This document shows, piece after piece, positions 40,006 through 53,868 of a stretch of 64,000 nucleotides of DNA. Every line of letters begins with the position of its first letter. Within the stretch, counting starts at the first letter, position 1. The notes under the pieces were generated by a model, which saw nothing but the letters and a program-made list of their open reading frames with translations, was not told the origin of the DNA and made no database searches. The DNA is from Octopus vulgaris (taxonomy: Eukaryota), in the NCBI GenBank assembly GCA_951406725.2, contig OX597818.1, forward strand, positions 81,964,001 to 82,028,000, written 5' to 3'. The translations under genes and the position numbers were made by a program.

Positions 40006-41939
40006 GTACGTATATTAGTAGTTAGGTTTTCCGGCTTAAGATCGTGGAAGCGATTCCTTGCGTTGTGTTGAGTCTTTTAGGGGAAAACCTTTATTTCATG
40101 TTGCTCCAGGTGACTCAGCCGGCAAAATGATTAATACATTTATTTGAAAAGACCAGCTTTGTCACATTCTGTGCCACGCTGATTTTCGTGAATTCGCCTA
40201 AATCCATCCCTCTGACATTGCGCGATCGTCACATTGTCTTTTTCTAAACAGACTGCTCCAAAGACATAGAGTCATAGGCATATTTCATCAAGTGGCAAAG
40301 GATTTGATAATTATTTTATAACGAAGTATATCATAAAAATCAAAGTTACAAGCACACAACGGAAAATCTTATCCATGTGATATAATTTTTTTTCATATTT
40401 GATACATCTGTGCGTTTGAATTATATCTATACTTTTCTGTTAATAAACCTTCCGTAAGTTTCTATTTTGTGGAATTCTATATCAAATTGTAATAGCGTCA
40501 ACTAGTTTGTATATGGAAGAATACAGATAAGAAAGACAACTCAATGGCATGCAGAATGTGCGGTGAAACGGATTAGATCTTTGAGGATTTGGTCCCTGAA
40601 TGCAAAATACATATACACAGAGTTTATAAGAACGGGAAACATGAAGCTATAGAAGAATACTTAAGAATTAGGGTTGATTTCTTCGACTAAAACCTTCAAC
40701 ATTATGTCACAGCATTGTCGCAATCCAATCGATGAAAGGTAAAATATAAAATATACATTTCCAGTTCACGTATGATGCGGATTATTCTAACTTTCCACCC
40801 TTCAAGGGAGATGATACAAAGAACTGAACTGCAATATACTGAATAATCTCGTGGCTGTACGTTGCAAAATAGTGGAGATTACCAGAGTTAGAAGCATATC
40901 ATTTTCCCACCACCACTATTAAATATGTTTTCAATTTCAAGTATATTGGCTGCGTGTATGTGAATATGTTTGTGATGCTGTCAGGAGATCGAAATGATTG
41001 ATCACGTACAAAGAATGACATATTCAAACCAGCGACTGTCATTTATAATTTGTTCATGCTCTCTTCATGTAGTATTTACTTGAAATCGTTGTTTGAGAAG
41101 CAATTGAAAAGCTATATCGTTTATTACGTTTCACTAGCAACATAAGGAATAATTCTCTGTATCACAACCAACCAGATAATGCTTAAATGGACCCAATCTT
41201 AGTACCGCCTAACTGGATGTTAATATCTTTCTATGCAACAGAACCACAGTAAATTTGACCAGAGTAACTAACTGAATCCAGTGTTAGGTTCTGCTCAAGT
41301 GATTTACATCTGTTACTCTAACGGGCGGTGCATTGGATTCTTGAGAAAAACACTTCGTTTCAATTTGCTGCAAATGTGATGGAATGGCTTTGTTCAATCC
41401 AGGACGATTATTATGATGTCAGTCTCTTATACGCCATGGAAACTAAGTTACCAGGCCTCTGTGTCCTAGGATTTGAGACAATAATATCCAGAAGTTCATG
41501 GTGATGAAGAATATTCACAAGGTATATCTGACATTGGTACATAAGGTAGAAATCTCTCACTCAAAATTTCCATCGTTTTATGCTTTTTGGGCGCTTGTGA
41601 CGGTGGCGCATCACCGCATCGTCACATGAGCTTACAAAACCTGCTAAAATAATGAGAGCTGTGCGATTTAGTGGTGATTGTAGAGGGTGTGTAGGGATGT
41701 GTAAAATACCAGATTCATATCAGACATAATTGGTCAGAGATAATCCTGGATTTAAAGTTAATCCAATATTTCAGAGAATAGACAATTTCCACACTATTCT
41801 CCTGGGGTATCCACCAAATAAAACAACTAAAATTTATTGAAAAAGATTAAATACTTTATCTTCGTTGTCAATCGCTTGAATATAGGATAGAACCTATTTT
41901 GCTTTACTGGAACCTTGTAGGTTTGCTTCGAAATTTTCA

Positions 41940-42307
41940 CGGCACTCCGTTGGTTACGACGACGAGGGTTCCAGTTGACCGAAACAACGGAACACCTTGC
42001 TCGTGAAATTAACGTGCAAGTGGCTGAGCACTACACAGACACGTGTATGTTTATCGTAGTTTTCGGGGAGATTCAGCGTGACACAGTATAACAAGGCTGG
42101 CCCTTTGAAATACAGATACAACAGAAACAGTGAGAGAAAGTTGTGGTGAAAGAGTACGGCAGTGTTTGCCACAATTCCCCTACAGGAGCGTCGTGGATCA
42201 TTTGGTGTTTTCGCTCAATAAATACTCAAAACGCCCGGTCTGGGAATCGAAACCGCGATCCTATGACCGCGAGTCCGCTGTCCTAACCACTTGGTCATTG
42301 CGCCTCC
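41940..42307 (-). mobile_element. tRNA-derived SINE family C, full length
   Basis: Minus-strand head GGAGGCGCAATGACCAAGTGG..GGTTTCGATTCCC (A and B boxes); 3' end CGTAACCAACGGAGTGCC. Confidence 0.85.
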
Positions 42308-42330
42308 ACGCCTCGAAATATATGGTTTAA

Positions 42331-42551
42331 CTCTTTCGTTACCAGCCTGGCTGAAACCGGCTCTGGCTTTGTAGTACAAATCTCTTGTTTTCATAAGTTT
42401 TGAATTAAAATCTTCCACCGAACTTTAGTCACAATTTATGTTCCTAAAACTAGCTTCATGATAACCAACTTATTTTACTAAATTCTTTATTATATTTTAA
42501 GTAATTGAAAGAAGCACGGAGCATCTCTCAATACATACAGTAACGAAAGGG
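42331..42551. mobile_element. piggyBac-type MITE with TTAA target duplications
   Basis: TTAA(42327-30)-CTCTTTCGTTAC...GTAACGAAAGGG-TTAA(42552-55): 12-bp TIR with one mismatch. Confidence 0.85.
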
Positions 42552-42994
42552 TTAATAATACACATATATGATTCAAAGGAATGGTTATCATGCTACATAA
42601 CTTTAAACGACAGTCAACATTAAGAAGCTCTTATTTAAGACATCATTTAACAATATAATAACTTAAAAGTATCACGCGTTGTTGGACACACTTATTATGG
42701 GAATATTAAGTAATTGATCTTTCTGTCTTACGCTTTATTTCTTTCGGAAGATTATACATTTATCTGTTAACTAAATTATTATATTGGAATTTCAACAATT
42801 GGTCTACAAGTATTTCTTTGTCACCATAGATGTAGTATCAGTTGTACCGTCATGTGAATGTTATTTTGTGCTCAATAACCGATCGATTCATCAGAGCATC
42901 GATGACGTATTCATCTTCTCGTAATATCATTATCTAATTAAGGGACACTGGATATATTTCCATTTTCTCATCACATTATTTGAACATTTCATTT

Positions 42995-43285
42995 CTAAAT
43001 ATTTCAGTCTCTCGAGGCGAGTTAGCCAAAACTAGTTTTTAAATAATATATAGCCGTTTGTCCCTGTTGCGAGTGAGAGCGTCGAAGTCGTTGATCGCTT
43101 AGCTTATCTTGGAGTATGATCCACAGCAGCATTAGTTGCGAGTCCTAAATCTTAAAATTGTTTGGACGTGCTCATGTAGTTGTGGAGTCATTGTACAAGC
43201 GTGTTTGGTGCTGCCGATATCTGAGTCAGAGGACAAATTTTCTTGTCTTCAGGCCTATAGACCTCACTCTCCTGTCCTTCAATTA
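42995..43285 (+). mobile_element. RTE-clade RT relic
   Basis: ESVEVVDRLAYLG..FGRAHVVVESLYKRVWCCRYLSQRTNFLVF matches RTE post-YADD motifs. Confidence 0.65.
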
Positions 43286-43435
43286 TTGTAGAGGCAAGTC
43301 GCATCACCGCACGTTGTTTATATTTTCACACGCTTGTTTTCCTACGACAACGTGCCTCACAGCACCTATATTTCATATATGAGAGAAATACTTCTGTATC
43401 CTGATCTGATTTACATTTAATTATTATTATCATTA

Positions 43436-43711
43436 TATGTTTGACTTTTGCTTTGTATTTGTACAAGTTAAGTCCAAGTATCACTCAGAGATCTCAAGAG
43501 ACAACAAGTCAGAAGTTCAAGTTGGTGGTATGCCTACGGTATCATATATTTGGTTTTATACAGTATTGTTCTTGAGAATGTTTAAGAAAACATAAGAAAA
43601 TTAAAAGATTGTTTTTAAATTTGAGACTACATAGTCAGTGTTTTACGTAGGATATGGGCAGTTCCCATGGGCACTATCTTTTGAATTTCTGCCCTTTTGG
43701 CATTTCCTGGT
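43436..43711 (-). mobile_element. R4/Dong-like element 3' end in (TAA)n
   Basis: PGNAKRAEIQKIVPMGTAHILRKTLTM* plus a 3' UTR homologous to 26484-26718. Confidence 0.8.
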
Positions 43712-43933
<222 letters not shown>

Positions 43934-43982
43934 TTTATTTTCACCACGATCATCAGCATTATTAAGTTTCGACATCTGATAG

Positions 43983-44415
43983 TTTCAGGTGAATTTTTAC
44001 TGTGTCACTGCGAGTTGTGTTCTTATGTTGGGCTTCGGAATGTAGAGTACATGCTGTAGGTGTTGTTCATTTTAGTGGGTATTTACTGTATGAGTCTGTC
44101 TATTACGCTTTTGGGAACTTTCCCTTCTCGTAAGGAAGCTTGCAATTTTCATATAGCTATACTTTTTCATCCATATCTTATATACTTCTTTTATTATTTC
44201 TGTTTGTTTTCTGTATGCTGCTGCATTGTAGATTGTATATATCACTTCAATGTAGTCATCATCAATTCGTCGGTCTCTTTTGCTTTTGTTCCTGCTGTAG
44301 CTATTGACATAAGAGATGGGTCCATCTTTAGAGCATTACATTTTTGACAGAACAACATCTCTGCATCTTTTGCTGAGGCTTCTTTCTATCACGATTCCGT
44401 TCCTCTTCATAGCCT
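43983..44415 (-). mobile_element. Inverted copy of 46137-46563; probable R4/Dong-like ORF N-terminal region
   Basis: High-identity reverse complement of 46137-46563; track ORFs 44060..44347(+) and 46103..46486(-) are nearly the same peptide. Confidence 0.6.
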
Positions 44416-44731
44416 TATCCTCGACCATAACCATTCTCTTCCAGTGATTAGAATGAAGCTTGTTGCAGTTCTTGTTAAAGTTATTTGAATTCACGTGTAG
44501 AATCTTGTAAGCTTTCGCGTGTGGAATACATTTGTAGCTATAGGCTGTCTAATGTTGACTTAACCATCAACTCCTAAAGTTTATTATTGTCACCACTAGC
44601 ACCACCACCAAAACCACCACCACCACCACCACTAACACCAACACTACCAAAACCACCACCACCACCACCACCACCACTACCATCATCATCATCGTCATCA
44701 TCATTATCATCATCATCATCAATAACAATAT

Positions 44732-44764
<33 letters not shown>

Positions 44765-44860
44765 CACTACTACTACTACTACTACTACAACTACTACTAA
44801 TGATGATGATGATGATGATGGTGATAATTATGATAATAATAATAATAATAATAATAATGA

Positions 44861-44911
<51 letters not shown>

Positions 44912-44913
<2 letters not shown>

Positions 44914-45460
44914 CAGTACCAGACAGTGTCTCTCGTGGCTCCTGATCATAACTGATTGGAAGTGTTATCATGTATATTGTTTTGTCTTAGTATAAAAGAT
45001 GGGTTACAGCAAATATTCTGCTCAATAACACAGATTTGCTTGTCAGTTGTTTGACCTTAACCAGTTGAGCATGCCCCTTAGTGGCTGACGATATGTGCAT
45101 CTCTGATCACGAGCAAAAGAAGTTGAGAAGCATCATAGCCGTGTGTTGAAAGGAATTCTTAGAGGTTTGGATAATTCACCTTTGGAAACATTTGTGGTTC
45201 GTTCAAAACCCTTAAACAATCCTTATTCCGGGAGCTTTTTAGCGGGATGGGCTACTCGACCAGAAGAAAATTCTAACTGGGTCCCAACTGCAAGGTCATG
45301 CGCTGTTTATCTTGATGTGAGATCACCATGTCGTGCACATATGGTTGTGATGCATGTGCCTAGTGTAGCCTTATCATATGGGCAGTCGTGATAGGTGTAC
45401 TGGGATTCGTATATTTTACCCCAGTGTCACTTTGATGGCATGCACTGCTCCCTCACTCAA
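44912..45460 (+). mobile_element. Non-coding repeat embedded in (AAT)n, probably the 3' end of a microsatellite-targeting non-LTR element
   Basis: Flanked on both sides by (AAT)n. Its terminal GGATTCGTATATTT..AGTGTCACTTTGATGGCATGCACTG recurs at 51569-51630, again followed by (AAT)n. Confidence 0.6.
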
Positions 45461-45471
45461 TAATGATGATG

Positions 45472-45543
<72 letters not shown>

Positions 45544-46136
45544 GTAATATTTTTGTTCTAGACTCTTTGCTCTTTTGTAAAGTTATTACATTCCAACAAC
45601 CAAAGTTTAACAGGTTTCTTTTATTGTTCTTATATTTATCTCACTTTATCTCGGCTTAAATAATCTTTCTTGATGGGCATACAGCTGTAGGTAATGCGAA
45701 GCTTAATGACGACAACATATTTTTAGGATTCCTTTCCCCACCCCACCTCGGATATAGAAGACGCAGTGTTACACCTAAATAGGGCTTCTTGCAACACAAA
45801 AGAAAACAGTTGCCCTGTAGGTGCCTTCGGTTTCTACAAGGGTACAGCCACCACTCTCTGTGCTGCCTATTGGTGAGTTTCCACCTAGAATATTCCAGCA
45901 CACACTTTGCCTCTTTTCGTTACTGTTACAGTGACCTGTCACCATAGGACTTTCAACTCACCCACAAACAGCATCCACAATGTCTTTGCGTGAAGGAATG
46001 GTGGTAACAGTGATCTCTAGCCGTCAATATTGAGAAATATTGTTTTGTTTTCCCTGAAACTAAACTGTCTTGTGTTTTCGCGCCTCTATTTCTCGCCATA
46101 CGTCATTTCCAATGACGGTTCTCTATGCTTTTAAAG

Positions 46137-46563
46137 AGGCTATGAACGGAATCGTGATAGAAAGAAGCCCCAGCAAAAGATGCAGAGATGTTGTCCTGTA
46201 AAAAATTTAATGCTGTAAAGATGGACCCATCTCTTATGTCAATAGCTACAGCAGAAACAAAAGCAAAAGAGACCGACGAATTGATGATGACTACATTGAA
46301 GTGATATATACATTCTACAATGCAACAGCATACACAAAACAAACAGAAATAATAAAAGAAGTATATAAGATATGGATGAAAAAGTATAGCTATAAGAAAA
46401 TTGCAAGCTTCCTTACGAGAAGGGAAAGTTCCCAAAAGCGAAATAGACAGACTCATACAGTAAATACCCACTAAAATGAACAACACCTACATCATGTACT
46501 CTGCATTCCGAAACCCAACATAAGAACACAACTCGCAGTGACACAGTAAAAATTCCCCTGAAA
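46137..46563 (+). mobile_element. Probable R4/Dong-like ORF N-terminal relic
   Basis: KRDRRIDDDYIEVIYTFYNATAY..KEVYKIWMKK resembles the N-terminal region of R4/Dong ORFs (recalled similarity, not searched). Confidence 0.5.
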
Positions 46564-46569
46564 GTATTT

Positions 46570-47790
46570 TAAATCGTACGTGTAAAATTTAAGCTTAGCA
46601 TAGATAAAGGTCCATTAAGCTTCAGATAAAAGTCAAACTAAAACACCCAGGGAAGAGATACTACAGCACTTTCTTATTTTTTGTTTTTATTGCCCACAAG
46701 GGGCTACACATAGAGGGGACAAACAAGGACAGACAAACGGATTAATTCGATTACATCGACATCAGTGCGTAACTGGTACTTATTTAATCGACCCCGAAAG
46801 GATGAAAGGCAAAGTCGACCTCAGAACGTAGCGGCTGACGAAATACTGCTAAGCATTTTGCCCGGCGTGCTTACGTTTCTGCCAGCTCGCTACCTTCTAC
46901 AGCACTTTCTACTTGATGATCGCGCTTTGGATTTGTTTTTGAATGAAGTCAGGAAATACTTGCCCGGTTTGCAGCGGCAGCACTGTGCATATGGAATGAC
47001 TATCCGCATTAAGAGGACTGATGTTTTTCTCCAACCAAAGTCTGAGATAGAACACACTCCAGATACAAACGTGATGATTCACTATAAGCCACTCAAATGT
47101 ATCAGGTCATTTAAATATCTTAGAAACACAATAAATTTCAAGTGTACTCTTGAGTACGAAATCAATGCTAATATATCTAAAGCTAAAAGTACTGTTGGAA
47201 AACCTTGCCATCATTCGTGGGATGAACACAGTGTCAATTTGAAAACTATAATAAGTGCATACAAATCTTGTATTTTGAACACATTTTGTAGGGGGTAAAA
47301 GTAAGAACTCCTCTTTAAAAACAGAGATACCGAAGCAATTCACATGCTCTATCTGCGCAATAACTGCAACATAAAATGGTAAGATATCAAGTGTGAAAAT
47401 TTTAGAAAAATGTGATATCTCCAGTATAGAAAACATGCTGTCGAAAATTCAGTGGAGAATGGCAGGAGATATTGTTTGAATGCAAGATGCATTTCGAAAA
47501 ATCTTTGTACGAACAAGTAGTGAGATTCCGTGGTAAACGAAGAACCTTTCTAAGATATAAGTATAAGCTGAAACACTCTCTAACATTTCTACAACGTAAT
47601 TTATCATTTTGAGAAAGTTATTGTCTTCATCGTTCTGGGTGTCTTCAAATGGCTCATGATGCAACTAAACAATTTGAGTTGAAGAAACAGAACAACGAAT
47701 GAATTGTATTCTGCAATCAACAAACACAATTGTCCAATCTCAGGCAAAATGAAAATCATTGTCCCCATCGTAACTTCATAGCTAAATCTT
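46570..47790 (+). mobile_element. RTE-clade LINE RT relic interrupted by a SINE
   Basis: HFLLDDRAL (FADD region)..YGMTIRIKRTDVFLQP..SFKYL..ISKA..WDEHSVNLKTIISAYK, and later IQWRMAGDIV*M. Confidence 0.85.
46675..46896 (-). mobile_element. tRNA-derived SINE family B with 14-bp target-site duplication
   Basis: Minus-strand head AAGGTAGCGAGCTGGCAGAAACG; TSD CTACAGCACTTTCT at 46661-46674 and 46897-46910. Confidence 0.9.
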
Positions 47791-47798
47791 TCAAACAT

Positions 47799-48208
47799 GA
47801 GCTGGCAGAAACGTTAGCGCGACGGGCGAAATACTTAGCGGTATTTCGTCTGTCGTGCCGTTCTGAGTTCAAATTCCGCCGAGGTTGACTTTGCCTTTCA
47901 TCCTTTCGGGGTCGATAAATAAAGTACCAGTTTCGCACTGGGGTCGATTTAATCGACTTAATCCGTCTGTCTCTCTTTGTTTGTCTCCTCTGTGTTTAGC
48001 CCCTTGTGGGTAGTAAAGAAATAGGTATTTCGTCTGCCGTTACGTTCTGAGTTCAAATTCCACCGAGGTCGACTTTTCCTATCATCCTTTCGGGGTCGAT
48101 AAATAAAGTACAGTTTCGCACTGAGGTGGATGTAATCGACTTAATCCGTTTGTCTATCCTTGTTTGTCCCCTCTATGTTTATCCCCTTGTGGGCAGTAAA
48201 GAAATAGG
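47799..48208 (+). mobile_element. SINE family B with tandem duplication of body
   Basis: GAGCTGGCAGAAACGTTAGC..GAGTTCAAATTCC (B box)..GTAAAGAAATAGG; the segment from GGTATTTCGTCTG to AAAGAAATAGG occurs twice. Confidence 0.9.
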
Positions 48209-48639
48209 TATGTTGAAATCGACGAGAATGACTCTATTTTGTCTTTTATCCATTTTAGGTTCATGAAAATAACTACCAGGTGAATACTTGGGTCGATGTA
48301 ATCAACTTACTTCCTGCCACAAAATATCAGAAACTTGTGCCTATAGCAGAAAGTGTTATGGCTATCATGATGCTTGCTGCCGTTGATTTCTTCTTATTAT
48401 TGGTATTTACTTGCTACTGCTGCTGCTGCTGATGCTGTTGTGGTTGTTGTTGATATTGTTGTTAACTGCACGATTGTGCTCGAGACACAAAGAAGTGTTA
48501 TTTTAAATCGCCGCCCAATTAGACTTGTTTCGCTGGAAAATATTAATTTCCTGACATTATCAATGGTTTGATGCTTGCCTTGTCTTTTATTCATCTATTT
48601 CGGCTCTCATCATTTTTCTTTCCTTCCTTTCATTAATAT

Positions 48640-48646
48640 CTTATTA

Positions 48647-48715
<69 letters not shown>

Positions 48716-49492
48716 CATTTTCTTAATTTATATTGTTTTATTACTTGATTTATGTTCCGTCTACTGCATGCTGTCGTTTATTGTGGTCGGTGTGTCTGCT
48801 GTTGTTGTTGTTGTTGTTGTCATTGTTGTTGTTGCTGCTCGTTTGGTGTTTGCTGATGTTTTTGTTGATGTTATTGTTGAATTTGTTGCTTTTTTCTTTC
48901 TACTTCATTTACTCTACGGTTTGAAATAATTTCAGTATTTTACATTGTTTTTTGACATCTTATGTTTTTCTATACTTTAATTTATGTTCCCTCTTCCTCC
49001 TCCTTCCCCCTGTTGTTGTTCTTCTTCTTTCCTCCTCCTCCTTGTCCTCCTTCTACAACTTCATTCACATTTTCGTCTTTTACTTGTTATTTCTCTTGTT
49101 GCTGTTCTTCTTCTTCTCTTCTTCTTCTTCTTCTTCTTGCTCTTCTTTTTCTTCTTCGTCTCCTTCTTGCTCTTCTTTTACTTGTTGTTGTTGTTGTTGT
49201 TCTTCTTCTTCTTCTTCTTCTTGCTGTTGTTGTTGTTGTTGTTGTTCTTATCATTATTATTTTCTTCTTTTACTTCTTCTTCTTCTTCTTCTACTTCTTC
49301 TTTTCCTTGTTGTTGTTGTTCTTATTCTTGTTCTTCATGTTCTTCTTCTTGTTCTTCTTCTTTTTCCAGTTGTTGTTGTTGTTGTTATTCTTCTTCTTCT
49401 CAATACATTCACAATGGCCACTACCATAATCAGTATTACATGCAAACGAGTCACCAATCAACTCTTCAGCTAAAACACGAACTACTACTACA

Positions 49493-49528
<36 letters not shown>

Positions 49529-49892
49529 GTAACTGCTGCCCCTGCAAAACCTGCTGCTTCTGTTACATGAGCTTAATCACAAGACAAGCAATTTTGTAAG
49601 GGAAGGAAGTTAGCATACCAAATTCGCTCTTCTTCCGATTTTAATAATGATAATAATAATTTAAAATCCTAGCACAAGGCCAGCAAGTTTGTGGGATGGG
49701 TGGCACTGGTTAATTACATCAACCCTCAGAAAACAGTTCAATTGAGGAAACTGCTCAGTATTATGAGACTGGTACTTGTGTGTTGCCTAGGAAAGAGACT
49801 CTGATAGTCCTCTAACAACAGGCGGTAGTTTGCAGTTGCAGAATAAACTGGAGCAAGTAAAATCGAGATAATTGAGAAGTAAAATGCAAATG

Positions 49893-49971
<79 letters not shown>

Positions 49972-50011
49972 CAACAACAACAACAACAACAGTAATAATA
50001 ATAATAATATT

Positions 50012-50049
<38 letters not shown>

Positions 50050-50096
50050 CAACAACAACAGTAATAATAATAATAATAATAGTAATAATAATAATA
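48640..50096. repeat. Low-complexity trinucleotide region (ATT/GTT/CTT/TAC/AAT)
   Basis: Interspersed trinucleotide microsatellites seen directly. Confidence 0.9.
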
Positions 50097-51170
50097 AAGA
50101 CGAAGTGCAAGTAGGGCTGCTAACAACTGTTAAAGAATTCAATTATGACATCGGGAGGGACTTTAGCCTTAAGTGTGCTGCAGCAACTTTTGTAAGTGGC
50201 TGACGAAAACAACTTCCATTAAGACCTACAAGAGAATACTTGGGGATAAACGAAGAAGTTGGTATATAACATGCTACCATGTAAGAAAAAATAAGAAAGG
50301 AGTATTACAGGACAATAAGACTCATATCAAAATCTGAACTCAATTCTAAAAATCGCATCGAAGCCATTAACACCCTGGCACTTCCAATAGTTGAATATAG
50401 TTTTAAAATCAACTAGAATGTGACAGACCTCCAACGCCTGAACAGGAAGGCAAGAAAACCATTAACTTCCAAGAACATGTACCACCCTAAAGCAGATATT
50501 GATCGTCTGTACCTAGGTAGAAATAATGGGGAAAGAGGAAGGATTTAGGTAGAACTGTGCTATAAGACCTTCACAATAGCAATGAACAGGTACATATACG
50601 GTAGAGAGGACTGGACGCTGCGACTTAGGTGCAAACACGAAGGCAGCAAAAAATAACGTTTTCTTGTCAAAGACGCTTGCAAATTAACCCTGAAATATTT
50701 GAAGAACCTGAAACCACTGCCACAAGACAAGCAAAATGGATTCATCAGACTGCAAAAAGGAACGGCAGAAACAAACTGAGGAGTGGTTGAACAAGAGGCC
50801 TCTGCATGAACAGTATTTACTTCGAAGTCGAAATGCTGATGTAGATCAAGCAACAACCCACAGTGGGTAAGAAGTTCCGGACTGAAAGCAGAGACCGAAG
50901 GTTTCATATTGGCGGCACAAGATCAAAACTTACAAAAACTACCAGCCTAACGTTCTTCAAAACGATTCTGACACTAAATGCAGATTCTGCGACAAATTTG
51001 ACGAAACAATAGACCATCTCGTCCCTGGATGCCGTGTGTTGACACTAAACGAATACAAAAATCGCCACGATAGCATAGGACATTGGAAAATATGTAAACA
51101 CTACAAAATCATCACTGCTTGTTAGTGGTATGAACATCACCTCAAGCAAGTCGTTGCAGGTAAAAATGTC
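50097..51170 (+). mobile_element. R4/Dong-like non-LTR retrotransposon relic (RT C-terminal half and CCHC zinc knuckle)
   Basis: YLGINE..IRKEYYRTIRLISKSELNSKNRIEAINTLALPIVEYSF; YHPKADIDRLY; GLKAETEGFILAAQDQ; KCRFCDKFDETIDHLVPGC..EYKNRHD. It begins directly after (AAT)n and is disrupted. Confidence 0.9.
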
Positions 51171-51194
51171 TTGGATAGTAGGGCGTGCGTTAAA

Positions 51195-51560
51195 GTGGGT
51201 GGTAAAGTTGCTTAATGATGATACAGCACTCGTGGCGGACTCGGAAGAACAGCTGAGGAGACTAGTGCCAGAGTTTGGAAGTAGGTGTGAGAGGAGAAAA
51301 CTGAAAGTGAATGTAGCTAAGAGTTAGTGATAAAATATTCGAGATATGGAATGGCTGGTTGGATGGGTGAGAGTATAAATGGTGTTAGAGGAGGTGAGTG
51401 CTTGTAAGTATCTGGGGTCACATGAAACGATGGATAGGGGATGGGGCTTGGCTTAGGAGGTGGGATATAGAGCGAGGTAGGGGAGTAAGATATTTGAAAT
51501 TGTGAAAGGGATGTTGAGAGATAAAAGGTTGTGCATGAAAGCAAAAAGAGGTGTGTATGA
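51195..51560 (+). mobile_element. RTE-like RT relic
   Basis: LLNDDTALVADSEEQLRRLVPEFGSRCERRKLKVNVAKS..KYLGSH matches the FADD through YLG region. Confidence 0.8.
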
Positions 51561-51674
51561 GTATATTTGGATTCGTATATTTGTACCCTAGTGTCACTTT
51601 GATGGCATGCACTGTTCTCTCACTTCAATAATAAAAAATAATAATGATAATAAGATTATTAATGATAATAACAA

Positions 51675-51862
51675 TAATCCTTTCTTCTGTAGGTACAATG
51701 CCTAAAATTTGGGGGAGGGATTACACCGAACCCAGTGTTTTCATCCCGCAAGGATGAAAAGCAATGTCGGCCTCGGCCGAATTTGAAATCAAAACGTGGC
51801 GACAGGTGAAATGCCGCTACGCATCTTACCCAGCGTGCTAACGATTTTGCCAGCTCACCGAC
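51675..51862 (-). mobile_element. SINE family B, diverged, within (AAT)n
   Basis: GGATGAAAAGCAATGTCGGCCTCGGCCGAATTTGAA..GCGTGCTAACGATTTTGCCAGCTCACC. Confidence 0.75.
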
Positions 51863-51883
51863 TCAATAATAATAATGATGATG

Positions 51884-51943
<60 letters not shown>

Positions 51944-51994
51944 TTAATAATAATAATAATAATAATATTAATAATAATGATAATAATAATGAAC

Positions 51995-52049
<55 letters not shown>

Positions 52050-52754
52050 TAATAGTAAGCATAATAATAATAACTGAAGAGTGAGGTGGAGAGGGAGAAG
52101 AAGAAAAAAAAAGGCAGATGAAGACGTAGGAGTAGAAAACGATGAAAAACATGAAGGACCAAAGAAATATAATGGTACTTGCTGAGAAGTGCAAGAGTGA
52201 ATGTTCGTTTACAATAATTGCTGGATACAGCATAGGAAGAAAGACATCTTAGCAGAAAACTATTAAAGGTTGGCCATTCTTAAGTAATAATGTATCTACC
52301 AGTAAGTTTGATTTATAGCTTTCATGAACTGTAAATTTTGATATTTTTATGGAATGCCACATGGAAAAGAGTGGCTGTATTAGGACAAAAGAAAATGTGT
52401 CATTTTCTGATACACCTACATTACTCTGGAGTGTACAAATTTAAACAGAGCGTGACATGAATGCTGAACGAGGAAGATAATGTCCGCAACATTCGCGAAA
52501 GTGAGTGATTCTTAATATCGATGTCGGAGACATAGCAGGAGTTAAAGTATCTCTAAAAAATAAATAAATAAATAAATAAGATAAGGCATAAAAAATAAAG
52601 TAATAAATAATAAATAAGATAAATGAAATGAAGTAAATAAACAAGTAGAATAAAAATTAAAGAAGATATCGGATTAAAAGTATGTGAATATATAGATAAC
52701 CCATAAAACGGGGACTTAATAAAAAATATTCCTAATAACAATCTATCAACTTTT

Positions 52755-53060
52755 ATCTTTTATCTTCTGTCATTGAACTGCGATCGTACGGCAGCATCAA
52801 CTTGAAGGACTCTTTTGCAGACCCACTAAGCAACGGGGATGAAAGCTCACCAATAAAGGGCATCAAACATAGGCACAAAGATTCCACCCCCCTCCACACC
52901 CAACTACACACAGAACTTTCCGTCTACCAAATCCGCTCAAAAGGCTATGATTGGCCCGAAACATCAGTAGAAGACAGGTGTTCAAGTTTCCACGTAGTGA
53001 GACTGAACACGGAACCATATGGTAAAGAAGCAAATTTCTTACTGCGCGGCCACGCCGCTG
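52755..53060 (-). mobile_element. SINE family A, diverged
   Basis: TTTCCGTCTACCAAATCCGCTCA..AGTAGAAGACA..CAGTGAGACTGAAC-like sequence. Confidence 0.65.
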
Positions 53061-53824
53061 TGTGTGTGTAGATGTGTGTGTATGTGTGTTTGTGTATGTG
53101 TGTGCGTGTGTGTGTGCGTGTGTGTGCGTGCGTGTGCGTGTGTGTGTGTGTGTGTATGTATGTGTGTGACATGCTTCTTTCTGTTTGTATCTGCAAAAAC
53201 TCTCAATGGGCTTTGGTCGGCCTGGTACGTTGAAGCAAACATCTTAGACAGCAAATAATAATAATAATGATTTTCAAGAGAATTGTTACGTAGTTACATT
53301 TAAAATGTTCTTTGATTAGTCAGATACGAGTTTACCTGGAAAGAAACAACGCAGTTATTGATACGATGAGTTGAATTTCGAACAGCTCCTGCATGCATCC
53401 TTCATAGTCAGCCTATGATCTTGTCATACACATTCATATGTGGACAGAAGACGAAAAAAGTTATATCCCGCATTATTTAGGTATTTTCGCCTTTTATTTG
53501 CACACATGCGTATAAAACATAGATACACACACCCGCACATATGTACGTTGCAAACAAAATAAAAGAAAAAAAAGAAAAAACAAAGAAAACTGAGAGTGTA
53601 TTTTGTTAATATTCAGCAAATAACCTTTACTTTACGAGTGCAAAGTCTTTTTTTCTTGAAAAAAAAAAAAAACGGAAATGGATAGGTAAGACGAGCAAAC
53701 AAAGGAAAAAACGGAGGAGAGATAGAATACAACATTCATGCCAAGCTGATCCATATGTATCTATGTATATATTTATATCTGTTTACATTTGAGATGTGTG
53801 TATGCATACACGCATACACAGACG

Positions 53825-53868
<44 letters not shown>

